The translations under genes were made by a program, and so were the position numbers. This document shows positions 17,407-27,926 of a stretch of 64,000 nt of DNA, piece after piece. Under the pieces are notes generated by a model. It saw only the letters and a list, made by a program, of their open reading frames with translations. It was not told the origin of the DNA and searched no databases. The stretch covers positions 64,001 to 128,000 of the forward strand of contig JAMOPO010000003.1 in assembly GCA_027064425.1 (NCBI GenBank). Reading direction: 5' to 3'. Positions within the stretch are counted from its first letter, which is position 1; each line of letters starts with the position of its first letter. This DNA comes from Methanobacteriota archaeon. Its GTDB lineage: Archaea; JAADCQ01; Methanopyri; Methanopyrales; Methanopyraceae.

Positions 17407-18324
17407 TTGGAGGCCTGGTCGGCCCTGGCGGTCATGGTCGGGTGCTTCGTGGGTTTTCATTACCTTTCCGAGCTCCTCGTGCGGGCGTCGGTGGCGATCG
17501 GCAGGAGACTGGACCTCTCCGAATCCGCCGTCGGTGCCACCCTCGCCGCCGCGGGAACCAGTGCCCCCGAGCTGGGCTCCTCCGTGGCATCCGTCCTGAT
17601 GGGACACTCCGATATCGGCGTGGGGACCGTGCTGGGCTCGGCCGTCTACAACGTGACGGTCATCCCGGCCGTCTCCGCCCTCGCCGCCGGCGGCCTGCTG
17701 CTGGACGAGAGCGTGTACCGGCGGGACGTGCTCTTTTACCTACTCTCCCTCGGGCTCGTGCTGGCCAGCATGTGGGACGGCGCGGTCACGCGATGGGAGG
17801 CCCTTACTTGGGTGGCCGCCTACCTCGCGTACCTGTCCTTAATGGGTGGGGGAGAGGAGGTTGAAGAGGGCTCCGAGATGTCGCCGAAGCGGGCGATCCT
17901 CGCCCTAACCGCCTCGATAGCGGGCATCGCCGTGTTCTCCGAACTCGTCGTGCGAGCGACCGTCGACCTGTGTCGGGCCACGGGGCTCGCCGAGTCCAAG
18001 GTGAGCTCGATTCTCAACGCCGTGGGCACCTCGGTCCCGGACACGCTCGCCTCCGTGCACGCCGCCCGGCGCGGGCTCGGTAGCATGGCCGTGGCCAACG
18101 CGGTGGGCAGCAACGTGTTCGACCTGCTCGTCTGCCTGGGCGTGCCCCTCTCCCTGAACCGGGCGACACCCGTGCGCGAGCACTTCGGGCTGCTCGCGGC
18201 GGGACTCACGGCCTGCGTCGTCCTGCTGTACGTCGTCCTCCGGGACCGGGAGTTGGACGCCCGGGAGTCCGTCGCGCTGCTCCTGGCCTACGCCGGCTTC
18301 GCCTGGCTCCTGGCGCTGGGCTGA
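17407..18324 (+). CDS. Na+/Ca2+ (CaCA, YrbG-type) antiporter
   Basis: Alpha repeats GTSAPE...GSAVYN and GTSVPD...GSNVFD. Confidence 0.9.
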   Translation: MEAWSALAVMVGCFVGFHYLSELLVRASVAIGRRLDLSESAVGATLAAAGTSAPELGSSVASVLMGHSDIGVGTVLGSAVYNVTVIPAVSALAAGGLLLDESVYRRDVLFYLLSLGLVLASMWDGAVTRWEALTWVAAYLAYLSLMGGGEEVEEGSEMSPKRAILALTASIAGIAVFSELVVRATVDLCRATGLAESKVSSILNAVGTSVPDTLASVHAARRGLGSMAVANAVGSNVFDLLVCLGVPLSLNRATPVREHFGLLAAGLTACVVLLYVVLRDRELDARESVALLLAYAGFAWLLALG

Positions 18325-18376
18325 CGGGGGACTTATGTACCCGGTCACCCACCGCACCGGCTGCCGGGGTGAGGGT

Positions 18377-19396
18377 ATGCGGCTGGAGGACTGGGAGGGG
18401 CGCTCCTGGGAGCGGGTGGAAGACGATACGATCCGGTGCCTGGTGTGCCCGCGTCGCTGCACGATCCCCGAGGGTGAGCGGGGCTTCTGCCGGGTCCGCG
18501 AGAACGATGGGGGCGTCCTAAAGCTCCTCACGCACGGCCGGGCCAGCTCCGCGGTCCCCGATCCGATCGAGAAGAAGCCGCTGTTTCACTACAAGCCGGG
18601 CACGGACGTGTTCTCTCTGGGGACCGTGGGCTGCAACTTCCGGTGCCGACACTGCCAGAACTGGCAGATCAGCCAGGCGGGTCCGGACGAGGTACCGCTC
18701 GAGGACTGGTCGGCCGACCGGGTCGTCAAGGGTGCTAAGAGGACCGGGTGTGAGAGCGTCGCGTTCACCTACAACGAGCCCATAATCAACCTTGAGTACA
18801 CGATCGAGGTCTTCGAGCGCTGCCGGGACGAGGACCTGGGCTGCGTGTACGTGACCAACGGGTTCGCGACGAAATCGACCGCGAGACTGCTAGGTGAAGT
18901 CCTGGACGCGGCCAACGTCGACTTGAAGGCGTTCACCGAGGAGTTCTACAAGGATGTCGCGAAGGGCGAGCTAAAACCGGTCCTCAGGACCTGCAAGGTC
19001 TGGAAGAAGATGGGCGTTCACGTGGAGCTGACCACCCTCGTGATCCCGGGTCACAACGATTCGGAGGAGGAGGCCCGCGAGATCGCGCGCTGGATCAGGA
19101 AGGAGCTCGGTCCGGAGACGCCCTGGCACGTGAGCAGGTTCCATCCCGACTACAAGATGTTGGACAAGCCACCCACGCCCGTGGACACGATCGAGCGCTT
19201 CGTGGAGATCGGGTACGAGGAGGGGCTGTACTACGTCTACGCGGGGAACGTCCCGGGACACAAGTACGAGCACACGTACTGCCCGGAGTGTAAACGGCCC
19301 GTGGTGAAGCGCCGCGGCTTCGCGGTCACGGAGATGCACGTGACGGACGACTTCCACTGCGAGTACTGCGATGCGGAGCTCCACTTCGTGACCTAG
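18377..19396 (+). CDS. amrS: AmmeMemoRadiSam radical SAM enzyme
   Basis: CLVCPRRC, DPIEKKPLFH, GCNFRCRHCQNW, FTYNEP, HVSRFHP. Confidence 0.9.
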   Translation: MRLEDWEGRSWERVEDDTIRCLVCPRRCTIPEGERGFCRVRENDGGVLKLLTHGRASSAVPDPIEKKPLFHYKPGTDVFSLGTVGCNFRCRHCQNWQISQAGPDEVPLEDWSADRVVKGAKRTGCESVAFTYNEPIINLEYTIEVFERCRDEDLGCVYVTNGFATKSTARLLGEVLDAANVDLKAFTEEFYKDVAKGELKPVLRTCKVWKKMGVHVELTTLVIPGHNDSEEEAREIARWIRKELGPETPWHVSRFHPDYKMLDKPPTPVDTIERFVEIGYEEGLYYVYAGNVPGHKYEHTYCPECKRPVVKRRGFAVTEMHVTDDFHCEYCDAELHFVT

Positions 19397-19400
19397 GTGG

Positions 19401-19465
19401 CGGGTCGGCCAATCGAGGCGTCTTCATCGCGCGAGGCTCCAGACGGCCCACACTCGTCATACCCG
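19401..19465 (-). ncRNA. Box C/D sRNA
   Basis: Minus strand reads cggg-TATGA-cgagtgtgggccgt-CTGGA...CGATGA-agacgcctcgattgg-CCGA-cccg. Confidence 0.65.
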
Positions 19466-19479
19466 GGGCGTGTAATCGG

Positions 19480-20298
19480 GTGAGCGTGAGGGCCTACCTG
19501 GAGCTCGCGCGGCCCATTAACTGCGCCATGGCCGCGGTGGGCGTGGTCATCGGGGAGCTGATCTCCGGCGCTCACGACCCGCTTAGGGCCGCACTGGCCC
19601 CGGTTGTGGCGGCGGTCGTCTGCGCGGGTGGGAACGCGATCAACGACTACTTCGACGCGGAGGTGGACGCCATTAACCGGCCCGATCGACCCATCCCCAG
19701 CGGCCGGGTCTCGCGCCGGGCCGCTCGCAGGTTCGCTCTGGGCTGCTTCGCGCTCGGGACGGGGCTCGCGGTCCCCATTAACCTCACGTGTCTGGGGATC
19801 GCGGCGGTGAACTCGGCCCTCCTGTACGCCTACTCCGCGAGGCTGAAGGGCACGCCGCTGGTGGGGAACGCGGTCGTCTCTTACCTGGTAGGCTCCTGCT
19901 TCCTGTTCGGGGCGGCCGTGGGTGCGCGACCGTCCCCGGCCGCGTGGCTGTTCCTGCTCGCGTTCCTGTCCAACTTGGTGCGGGAGGTGCTCAAGGACGT
20001 GGAGGACGTGGAGGGGGACGCGGCTCAGGACCTCAGGACGTTACCGGTCGTGTGCGGGGAACGGACGGCGCTGCTCGTGGCCGCCGGGCTGGGCGGGGTT
20101 CTCCTGGCCGTCACCCCGCTGCCCTACCTGAGGGGGGTGGTGGGTTGGCCCTACCCGGTGCTGGCGCTGCCGGCGGCTGGCATCATCTTCGGCGCGTCGG
20201 TCCTGGCGAGCCTGGGATGGGACGTGGGGAAGGCGCAGAGGGCGGTTAAGGGAGGGATGGTGCTGGGCCTGCTGGCGTTCCTGGCCCCGCTGGTTTAG
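19480..20298 (+). CDS. Digeranylgeranylglyceryl phosphate synthase (UbiA family)
   Basis: LARPIN, NDYFDAEVDAINRPDRPIPSG, REVLKDVEDVEGD. Confidence 0.9.
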   Translation: MSVRAYLELARPINCAMAAVGVVIGELISGAHDPLRAALAPVVAAVVCAGGNAINDYFDAEVDAINRPDRPIPSGRVSRRAARRFALGCFALGTGLAVPINLTCLGIAAVNSALLYAYSARLKGTPLVGNAVVSYLVGSCFLFGAAVGARPSPAAWLFLLAFLSNLVREVLKDVEDVEGDAAQDLRTLPVVCGERTALLVAAGLGGVLLAVTPLPYLRGVVGWPYPVLALPAAGIIFGASVLASLGWDVGKAQRAVKGGMVLGLLAFLAPLV

Positions 20299-21422
20299 TC
20301 GCCCTCCTCCAGGTCCTCGAAGCGGTCCTCGAGCTTCTTCAGCACGTCGGGCAGCGTGGTGTATTCCAGTTCCTCCTCGGACAGCAGGTGCGGCTGGAAC
20401 GGTCCGTGGCTGCGGATGTAGTCGGCGATCTCGTTCGCTAGCTTCCTAGCCCGCTCGAAGGCCGGGTCGTCGAAGAGGTCCTGCGGTCCGATCAGCTCGC
20501 CGTTCCTCAGCTGGAAGCCCAGCGCCATGATCCGCGGAGGACCGTCGAACCGAGTCGGGTGCGCCTCATCCTCTGAGACCGGCATCAGCGGGCCATTGTG
20601 GCTGCCTCGCATCCAGCCGGCCACCAGGTGCGGCATGGCGAACGGCTCCAGCACCTCACCCAGCGCCGGGAAGCCGCTCTGGCAGCGGACGATCGCGACC
20701 GGGTCGTCCTTGCCCACGTACTCGCCGGCGATCAGGTTGAGCCGCTCGGTGCTGGTGACCGCAGCGATCCGCTCCTCCTCCGGCTCGTCACCCTTCTTGT
20801 ACACGCGCTTGATGGCGTAGCGCTGGGTCTGGCCGATCAGCGCGAGCAGGTCGTACATCTCCTCCGGGCACTTCAGGATCACCTTCTTCTGGTCGATCAC
20901 GTCGTGCACCTCGAACTCGAACCCGTCGTGCATGCTCGGGTCCAGCACCAGGCCGGCCGTGTTGTTCGGGTCCGCGAAGATGCGGAACAGCGGCAGGTTG
21001 AACGCGCTCGGCTCCGTCTTGTCGCAGCAGAACACGACGATCGGCTCGCTGGGTCGCTCCACCAGCTCCATCTCGGCCGCGCCGGGGCCCAGGCCGCGCA
21101 CGTTGCCGCTGAACGCGTCGGACAGCAGGTCCTGACCGGCGCCGTACAGTTTCAGGTCCTTGGCGACCTCCGTCGCCTCCTGGAAGGCCTTCCACGCCAG
21201 CTCGTGCACCTTCTCGTCGTCGGGACCGCGCGTGTGGGTCATGATCAAGTCGATGTCATCGCCGCACCGGGTCACGTAGAAGTCGATGAGGATCTCGTCC
21301 TTCGCCTCCTCCAGCACGCCCTCACACGCCTCCAGCAGCTCCGGGTGCGCCTCCGAGTGGCCCGGGAACCCGCCCACGTCCGCCTTGATCACGCTGACGG
21401 TGATCTTCTCCTCCTCGGACAA
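20295..21422 (-). CDS. fbp: Fructose-1,6-bisphosphate aldolase/phosphatase
   Basis: SVIKADVG, YGAGQDLL, YVGKDDP, GWMRGSH; TTG start after GGGGTG. Confidence 0.96.
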   Translation of the reverse strand: MSEEEKITVSVIKADVGGFPGHSEAHPELLEACEGVLEEAKDEILIDFYVTRCGDDIDLIMTHTRGPDDEKVHELAWKAFQEATEVAKDLKLYGAGQDLLSDAFSGNVRGLGPGAAEMELVERPSEPIVVFCCDKTEPSAFNLPLFRIFADPNNTAGLVLDPSMHDGFEFEVHDVIDQKKVILKCPEEMYDLLALIGQTQRYAIKRVYKKGDEPEEERIAAVTSTERLNLIAGEYVGKDDPVAIVRCQSGFPALGEVLEPFAMPHLVAGWMRGSHNGPLMPVSEDEAHPTRFDGPPRIMALGFQLRNGELIGPQDLFDDPAFERARKLANEIADYIRSHGPFQPHLLSEEELEYTTLPDVLKKLEDRFEDLEEGD

Positions 21423-21471
21423 GCAGCACACCCCCAGCTCAGGTGAGTCGTGGTCGTTAAAAGCGGCACGG

Positions 21472-21831
21472 TCAGTCGCCCTGCAGCCGCATGATGGCCT
21501 CCGCCAGGTCCCCGTTCGTCTCCTCCAGCGCCTTCCTCGCCTCCTCTTCCGACACGCCGGCGCGCTCCGCCACCAGCCTGACGTCCTCCTCCGTGAACGG
21601 CTGCTCCTCCCGCTCCTCCTCCGGCTCCTCGCGCCGGGCCTTCCCGGCGACCTGGTAGAACTCCTGCCCCATCAGCTTCATCTTGACCACCTGAGGCTGG
21701 TCGAAGACCAGCCTCGAGCCGTCCTCGAGCTCCATGATGACCCGTTCAGCCTTCACCTCCTCCTGCTCCATCCCCATCTCTCGCATCAGCCGCTGGAGCT
21801 TCCTGGGATCGATCTTCCCGCCGGGGAACAA
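21472..21831 (-). CDS. nac: Nascent polypeptide-associated complex protein
   Basis: FPGG..DPRK..RLMREMG and C-terminal UBA EEDV.LVA...GDLAEAIM; TTG start inferred. Confidence 0.92.
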   Translation of the reverse strand: MFPGGKIDPRKLQRLMREMGMEQEEVKAERVIMELEDGSRLVFDQPQVVKMKLMGQEFYQVAGKARREEPEEEREEQPFTEEDVRLVAERAGVSEEEARKALEETNGDLAEAIMRLQGD

Positions 21832-21875
21832 GCTCCAACCCCCCGGGTCGGAGGGAGCCGAGCCTAAAAATCCCC

Positions 21876-22331
21876 TCAGCCCAGCCCGCGCCGGACCCGT
21901 ACGGCCACCCCGTCCTCGAAGTACCTCATCTCCCAACCGGACAGCCGGGCCCGGCCCACCGCCAGCAGCTCGTCGTCCTCCGTCACGACCAGGCACTCGT
22001 CGCCCGGCCGCAGCTCCTCCCACCCCTCCACCGCGTACTCGCAGAACAGGTCCCGGCCCCGCCGGACGGCGTCGGCCCACTCCTCCGAGCACACCACCCG
22101 GTGCTCGGGAAACTCCGTCGCCCCGTGCAGCCGGCGCGCCCCCTCCGGCGCCAGCGACGCCAGCCCGTCGGACGCCCGGATCGTGCACAGGCGCTTCCCG
22201 TCCACGAACACCTCCCTGGGCCGGCCGCGGCGCACGCGCACCTCTACCTCCCCATCCAGCATGGCCTTGGCCACGGTCCTGCCGAACTGATACGCCAGGA
22301 TCCCCTCCACGATCCGGACGTACCGATCCAA
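21876..22331 (-). CDS. PUA-domain protein (archaeosine TGT C-terminal-like)
   Basis: [35 protein letters not shown]. Confidence 0.85.
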   Translation of the reverse strand: MDRYVRIVEGILAYQFGRTVAKAMLDGEVEVRVRRGRPREVFVDGKRLCTIRASDGLASLAPEGARRLHGATEFPEHRVVCSEEWADAVRRGRDLFCEYAVEGWEELRPGDECLVVTEDDELLAVGRARLSGWEMRYFEDGVAVRVRRGLG

Positions 22332-22345
22332 GCGGGGGCACCCCC

Positions 22346-23686
22346 GTGGACGCCTCCCGGATCCTGCGCCGGGCCGAGGAGCGCGCGGACGCCGCCATCG
22401 TGTACGAGCTCGAGACCGAGCGCACCGAGGTGGAGGCCGTGAACGGCGAGCTCCGCCGAGCGGACCCGGAGCGGCACCGAGGCGTCGCGCTGAGGATCCT
22501 CAGAGACGGTGCCTGGCGCGTGGCCCACTCCACGAAACCCAACGAGGAGGACCTCCTTAAGTCCGCCGTCCGGGCTCCGGGCCGCGGAACCGCCGACATA
22601 CCCGACGAGCCGCCCCAAGCGACCGGAAAACACGACTGGACGGGGCGCGTGCACCCGCTCGACGCCCTGGACGAGGTGGCCGAGCTGGCCCGGGAGCTCT
22701 CGAAAGAGACCCCACACGACTGCGAGATCCGCTGCGTTGCCAGCTCCTCTAAGTACCGAGTCCTGACCTCCTGGGGCACCGAGGCGGAGCTTCACCTGTA
22801 CCGAGTTTCCTACAGCGTGAGGGTCAGCGACCGGGGCGAGAACGGTCGAGAAGAATACTACGAGCGGGACGGTGCCACCGCCGCCGGTCCGGAGCGGTTC
22901 CTCGAGCGCTGCGAGCGCCTGCTCGACCGGGCCTCCCGCCGCCTTCGCGACCTTCTCGAGGCGGAGCCCGGCCCCGACCGGGCCGAGCGCGTGGTGATCG
23001 ACCCCGAGCTCCTCGGCGTCCTCGTGCACGAGGCGTTCGGCCACGCCACCGAGGGCGACCTCGTGGCACGGGGCGAGTCCATCCTCCGGGGCAAGATCGG
23101 GGAGCGGGTCGCGTCCGAGTGCGTCACGGTCGTGGACGACCCCACCGAGCCCGGCCCCTTCGGGTCCTATCCCTTCGATGACGAGGGGATCGAGGGCCGG
23201 TGCACGGTCCTCGTCAGGGAGGGCGTCCTCGAGTCCTACCTCACGGATCTCACCTCCGCGGCGGAGCTCGACGCGCCGCCCACCGGGAACGGCAGGATCG
23301 AGGCCTTGGGTGACCACGTGCAGACCCGGATGAGCGTGACGTACGTGGAGCCGGGGGACGCGGACCGGGAGGAGCTGTTCGAGGAGGCCGGGGACGGCGC
23401 GGTCTACCTGCTGGGCTCCAAGGGCGGTCAGACGGACACGGCCACGGGCCACTTCCAGTTCTCGGCCAAGCTGGGCTACGTTCTGGAGGACGGCGAGCCG
23501 GCCCGGCCCGTGCGCGACGTCGGGCTCACCGGGCACACGCTGGAGCTCCTCCGGGGCGTCGAGCTCCTCTCCAAGGACCTGCGCCTGCACGCGGGCTACT
23601 GCGGGAAGGGCGGGCAGCTGGTGCCCGTCTCCGACGGCGGCCCCCACGCGCTCGTCGAGGGGCCGTTCAACCTCAGATCGGGGTGA
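22346..23686 (+). CDS. tldD: TldD-family metalloprotease
   Basis: [35 protein letters not shown]; GTG start at 22346. Confidence 0.92.
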   Translation: MDASRILRRAEERADAAIVYELETERTEVEAVNGELRRADPERHRGVALRILRDGAWRVAHSTKPNEEDLLKSAVRAPGRGTADIPDEPPQATGKHDWTGRVHPLDALDEVAELARELSKETPHDCEIRCVASSSKYRVLTSWGTEAELHLYRVSYSVRVSDRGENGREEYYERDGATAAGPERFLERCERLLDRASRRLRDLLEAEPGPDRAERVVIDPELLGVLVHEAFGHATEGDLVARGESILRGKIGERVASECVTVVDDPTEPGPFGSYPFDDEGIEGRCTVLVREGVLESYLTDLTSAAELDAPPTGNGRIEALGDHVQTRMSVTYVEPGDADREELFEEAGDGAVYLLGSKGGQTDTATGHFQFSAKLGYVLEDGEPARPVRDVGLTGHTLELLRGVELLSKDLRLHAGYCGKGGQLVPVSDGGPHALVEGPFNLRSG

Positions 23687-24921
23687 GAGGGTTGACCGAC
23701 CCGCTGGAGTCGATCGAGCCGGGTCGCGCCCTGCTGCTGGAGGTCGAGGTCGAGCGGGTCGAGCTCGAGCGGCTGGAGGAGTCGGGTGACCGGGTCAGCC
23801 GCTCCGAGACCACCACGCGGGTGGCCCGGGTGACCACCGACGACGGCCTCGGGGTGGCGGTCTCCACGGAGGGTGAGGACTACGCGGAGCTCGTGGAGCG
23901 CGCGAGGCGCACCGCCGAGGCGGGGGTTGGACACCCCGTCAGCTACCCTGAGGAGGTGCGGGCCCGCCGGGTCCGCGCCCACGACGAGAGGGCCACCGAC
24001 GTGGAGCGGCTGCGGGAGCTGCTGGAGACCGTGGAGGCGGAGGTACCGGGGGACGTCACCCTCTCCTCGGTCGCGGTCACGGGTACGCTCCGACGAGTCA
24101 GGGTCCGCGTCCCCGGCCAGGACTGGGTCGAAAGGCTGGAGTCCACGGTCTCCCTGACCGTCGACGTCGTCGGCGAGTTCTCCGGAGCGGCCTGGGACAC
24201 CACCGTCGGGCCCGACGACCTGAGCGCGGAGAGGCTCGCCGAAGAGGCCGTGGAGATGGCCGCCGAGGCCCCGGAGGTCAGCCCACCGGAGGGTGAGGTC
24301 CGCGCCGCGTTCGACCCGGTGGCGGTGGCCGACCTGCTCTCGTACACGCTGATACCGGCCCTATCGGGGCTAGAGGTGGCGAAAGGGACCAGCGCCTTCG
24401 ACCGGGAGGACCTGGGTCGCCGGGTGATCGAGGGCGACGTCGACGCCCTCAACGACCCCGTCAGGGACGGGTGGCCGGGATCTTACGGGTTCGACGATGA
24501 GGGGGTCAGGCCGGAGCGGGTGGAGCTGGTGCGCGACGGGAGGCTCCGGGCCCTTTACACGGACCTTTACTCGGCAGAAAAGCTCGGGCTGGACCCCACG
24601 GGCAGCGGCCTGGGCAGCCGACGCCCGGAGCCCGCCCCGGGGAACGTCCTGGTGCAGGGTGATGCCGGCGCGGAGGAGCTTTTGGAGGAGGCGGACCTGA
24701 TCGTAAGGAGGGTGATGGGAGCGCACACGGCGAGCCACGTCAGCGGGCGCTTCTCGGTTACCGGGCTCTGGGTGGAGGACGCGGACGGCCGGCGCGTGAA
24801 GCCCTGCTCGCTCCGCGGCAACGTGTTGTCGGACCTCCTCGCGGTCTCCCGCTGGGTCCGACGAGTCGGGTCCTTGGGCGCGCCTTACGCGCTGATGAGG
24901 TGCCGCGCGGGTACAAGTTGA
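23683..24921 (+). CDS. pmbA: PmbA/TldE-family partner subunit
   Basis: FDDEG, GAHTA..SGRFS, no HExxH; coupled to tldD. Confidence 0.8.
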   Translation: MRGLTDPLESIEPGRALLLEVEVERVELERLEESGDRVSRSETTTRVARVTTDDGLGVAVSTEGEDYAELVERARRTAEAGVGHPVSYPEEVRARRVRAHDERATDVERLRELLETVEAEVPGDVTLSSVAVTGTLRRVRVRVPGQDWVERLESTVSLTVDVVGEFSGAAWDTTVGPDDLSAERLAEEAVEMAAEAPEVSPPEGEVRAAFDPVAVADLLSYTLIPALSGLEVAKGTSAFDREDLGRRVIEGDVDALNDPVRDGWPGSYGFDDEGVRPERVELVRDGRLRALYTDLYSAEKLGLDPTGSGLGSRRPEPAPGNVLVQGDAGAEELLEEADLIVRRVMGAHTASHVSGRFSVTGLWVEDADGRRVKPCSLRGNVLSDLLAVSRWVRRVGSLGAPYALMRCRAGTS

Positions 24922-25083
24922 CCGGTACTCCACGCGCGAGTCGCGGGGAAACCGTCAACCCGGCCGCGGCGCACTATCTATTCTCTCCCTCCCCAACCCG
25001 GTACCGCCCCCGGTCCCGCGAGGCGGCGTCGGGGGGAGCCGAGCGTGGTATCCCCGTACCGCGTCTACACTTTACCAAGAGTT

Positions 25084-25557
25084 ATGGAACGGTTTTACGA
25101 GCCCAGATGGGGGCGGCGGGCCCGGCGGGAGGACAGGTGGTACTTCGGGGCCCTGGAGCTCGAGCCCCTGACGGAGGATGATCTGGAACTGAGGGAGATC
25201 GTGCTGAACGTTCCCGTCTCGGAGGCCAACCTGCTCACTGACAGGAAGTTCAAGAACCGGAAGCGTGACGCCGCGTACGCGTCGTTTCTGCTCCAACCCG
25301 GCCCGCACAAAGCCGACGCGCACGATCACGAGGTGAACAGCATACCTGTCTCCGTTCGCATCCCGTGGCCGAGGGACGTTGAGGCGCCGAGTGAAATCAG
25401 CCTGGTGCCCGGCTCGCTGACCGACCACCGCCGGTTCTGCTTCACCGTACCCTGCCCGCCCGAAACGGAGAGGTTTTCGGAGAAGGTGCTGGTCACCGCG
25501 GCGCTCTTCAGGACGCTGGCCCTCCGCGAGGACCTGGGCGCGCCCGTCCGCTACTGA
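25084..25557 (+). CDS. Hypothetical protein
   Basis: Only sizeable plus-strand ORF in the gap; alternative start at 25045; no recognised motif. Confidence 0.55.
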   Translation: MERFYEPRWGRRARREDRWYFGALELEPLTEDDLELREIVLNVPVSEANLLTDRKFKNRKRDAAYASFLLQPGPHKADAHDHEVNSIPVSVRIPWPRDVEAPSEISLVPGSLTDHRRFCFTVPCPPETERFSEKVLVTAALFRTLALREDLGAPVRY

Positions 25558-25597
25558 TAAGTCGCCCCGCGCCCCTCCCCGCTCGGGGCCCCCGTTC

Positions 25598-26989
25598 GTG
25601 CCTAAGGTGAGGATCGGATTCGAGGTCCACGTGCAGCTGGACACCGAGAGCAAGCTCTTCTGCCGGTGTCCCACGGACTATGAGGAGGCGGAGCCGAACG
25701 AGAACACTTGTCCCATCTGCACCGGCATGCCCGGTGCCAAGCCCCTGCCACCCAACCGCGAGGCCCTGCTTACCGCGCTGGAGATCGCCTACATGCTGGG
25801 CTGCAAGCCCGTGATCGGGAAACAGCTCTACTTCCAGAGGAAGCACTACGATTACCCGGACCTCCCGTCCGGGTACCAGAGAACGAGCACCCCCATCGCC
25901 GTCGACGGCGAGCTGGACGGCGTCCGCATCCGCGAGATCCACGTCGAGGAGGACCCGGGACGCTGGGACCCCTCCACGGGCCGCGTCGACTACAACCGCA
26001 GCGGCATCCCGCTCATCGAGATCGTCACGGAGCCGGACATGAGCTCGCCCGAGGAGGCGCGCGACTTCCTCCGCCGGCTACTCCAGGTTCTGCGCTACTC
26101 CGGGAAGGTGAAGGGTGACGGCGGGATCCGCGTCGACGCCAACGTGTCGGTCGAGGGTGGGGCCCGCGTCGAGATCAAGAACATCAACTCGATCAAGGGC
26201 GTGTACCGGGCGCTCAAGTTCGAGATTCAGCGCCAGCTGAACCTGCTGAAGCACGGCAAGGAGGTCCGGCGCGAGACCCGCGCCTACCGGGAGGATCAGG
26301 GCACGACCGTGCCGATGCGGGCCAAGGAGACGGCGGAGGACTACCGCTACATCCCGGACCCGGACATCCCGCCGTTCGAGATCACGGAGGACATGTGGGA
26401 AGAGGCGGTGGCGAGGGCGCCCGAGCCGCCGCACAAGCGTGCGGAGCGGCTGGTGGAGGAGTACGGGATCTCCAAGGAGGCGGCGGAGGCGCTGGTCACC
26501 GAGCGGGAGTGGGCCGACTTCTTCGAGGAGGTGGCGCAGAAGGCCCCGGACGACTGGGAGATCGAGTTCATCGATCAGTGGGTGCGGAAGGAGCTGAAGA
26601 AGATTCTCAACAAGAAGGAGCTCTCCTTCCGCGAGGCCAAGATCGAGCCGGAGGACCTCATCGAGCTGATGAAGCTGGTCCGGGAGGGCAAGGTCACCCG
26701 GCAGAACGCGCTGAACGCGCTCTGGGAGGCGGTAGACTCGGACAAGAGTCCGGTCGAGGTCATCGAGGAGGAGGGGCTCCTGCGAGTCAGCGACGAGGAG
26801 AAGCTGGCCGAGGTGGTGGAGGAGGTGATCGAGGAGAACCCGCAGGCGGTGAAAGACTACAAGTCCGGCAAGGAGGAGGCCATCCACTACCTCATGGGGC
26901 AGGTCATGCGGAAGACGCGCGGCAAGGCCGACCCGGACGTCACCATGAAGCTGCTGAGGGAGCGGCTGGGCGAGCCCGGCGAGGACTAG
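25598..26989 (+). CDS. gatB: Asp/Glu-tRNA amidotransferase subunit B
   Basis: GFEVHVQL, RKHYDYPD, DYNRSG.PLIEIVTEPD, DYRYIPDPD, C-terminal YqeY domain. Confidence 0.96.
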   Translation: MPKVRIGFEVHVQLDTESKLFCRCPTDYEEAEPNENTCPICTGMPGAKPLPPNREALLTALEIAYMLGCKPVIGKQLYFQRKHYDYPDLPSGYQRTSTPIAVDGELDGVRIREIHVEEDPGRWDPSTGRVDYNRSGIPLIEIVTEPDMSSPEEARDFLRRLLQVLRYSGKVKGDGGIRVDANVSVEGGARVEIKNINSIKGVYRALKFEIQRQLNLLKHGKEVRRETRAYREDQGTTVPMRAKETAEDYRYIPDPDIPPFEITEDMWEEAVARAPEPPHKRAERLVEEYGISKEAAEALVTEREWADFFEEVAQKAPDDWEIEFIDQWVRKELKKILNKKELSFREAKIEPEDLIELMKLVREGKVTRQNALNALWEAVDSDKSPVEVIEEEGLLRVSDEEKLAEVVEEVIEENPQAVKDYKSGKEEAIHYLMGQVMRKTRGKADPDVTMKLLRERLGEPGED

Positions 26990-27678
26990 CGCCGGCCCTC
27001 GCACCGGAGCACCAGGGTCGGCGTGTCGGGGAAGCGCTCCGCCCACACCCGCTCAAACGACTCCCTCAGCGCCTCGTGCAGCCGATCCTGCCACCCCGGA
27101 TCGCGGCCGGCGAAGACCGAAGCCGTCCCACCTCGCCGGACCCTCCTCGCCAGCTCCGCTAGAAACTCCCTCGAAAACAGGCGCGGGTTGCGCCGCGGGC
27201 AGGGCCCGCCATCGTGCACCAGGTGATCGAAGTAGCCCCGGGGCAGCTCGGGAACGACCTCCACCGCGTCCCCAAGGATCAGCCTGACCCTGTCGTCCCT
27301 GAGAGCCTCGGAGAACTCCTCGACCGGGTTCCGATACAGTGCTATGGCCAGCATCTTCGGATCGATCTCGATCGACACGAGCAGCTTGGGGTGACCCCAC
27401 TCGAGCGTCGCCCACGCCGTTCGACCCAGCCCGGTGCCGATCTCCAGGACCGCCCCGCGGGCCCGCTCGGGCCAGGCAATCACGTACCCCTTGACGCCCA
27501 TCTTGCCCACCTCGAAGCGATTTCTCCCGTGACCCAGTCCTCCCGTGCGGCTTTTAACGTACTGAAAAACCTCGGACTCCGAGAGCCCCTCGGCCCACTC
27601 CCTGTACCGAGCGGCCGCCTCGCGGGCCCGCTCATCCTCGCGCCGCAGCCACTCCTCGAAACCCGGGGGTGAGGACAC
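26986..27678 (-). CDS. Class I SAM-dependent methyltransferase (COG2521-like)
   Basis: VLEIGTGLG, SIEID, LGDA, FD.LVHD. Confidence 0.8.
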   Translation of the reverse strand: MSSPPGFEEWLRREDERAREAAARYREWAEGLSESEVFQYVKSRTGGLGHGRNRFEVGKMGVKGYVIAWPERARGAVLEIGTGLGRTAWATLEWGHPKLLVSIEIDPKMLAIALYRNPVEEFSEALRDDRVRLILGDAVEVVPELPRGYFDHLVHDGGPCPRRNPRLFSREFLAELARRVRRGGTASVFAGRDPGWQDRLHEALRESFERVWAERFPDTPTLVLRCEGRR

Positions 27679-27926
27679 TGTCCGAAGACCCCCTGCGCGG
27701 CTATGAGCCGGGCGTCAAGGACTACCTGGCCCGGTGCACGACGGATGAGGAGGCGCTGGAGGTGATCGAGTACCTCCGCAAGCGGGGCGAGCTGGACGAG
27801 GAGGAGGCGGAGAAGCTGGAGAGCAAGATTAAGAGGGAGGGAGTCCGGAGCATCGTGGAGCGGCGCGAGTTCGGGTACTATCTGGAGCGTTACTACGACC
27901 CGGACAAGAAGGAGTACCGAGGGTGA
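27669..27926 (+). CDS. DUF2095 family protein
   Basis: GYEP.V.DYL.RC.TDEEALEVI.YL..RGE...R.FGYY; start may be CTG at 27678. Confidence 0.8.
   Translation: MRTLSEDPLRGYEPGVKDYLARCTTDEEALEVIEYLRKRGELDEEEAEKLESKIKREGVRSIVERREFGYYLERYYDPDKKEYRG

Noticed and set aside
21472-23686. Apparent long N-terminal extensions or fusions of NAC, TldD, CbiL, HAD and Mvk in the ORF track
   Set aside because: The extensions overlap real neighbouring genes, and conserved domains begin at downstream starts.
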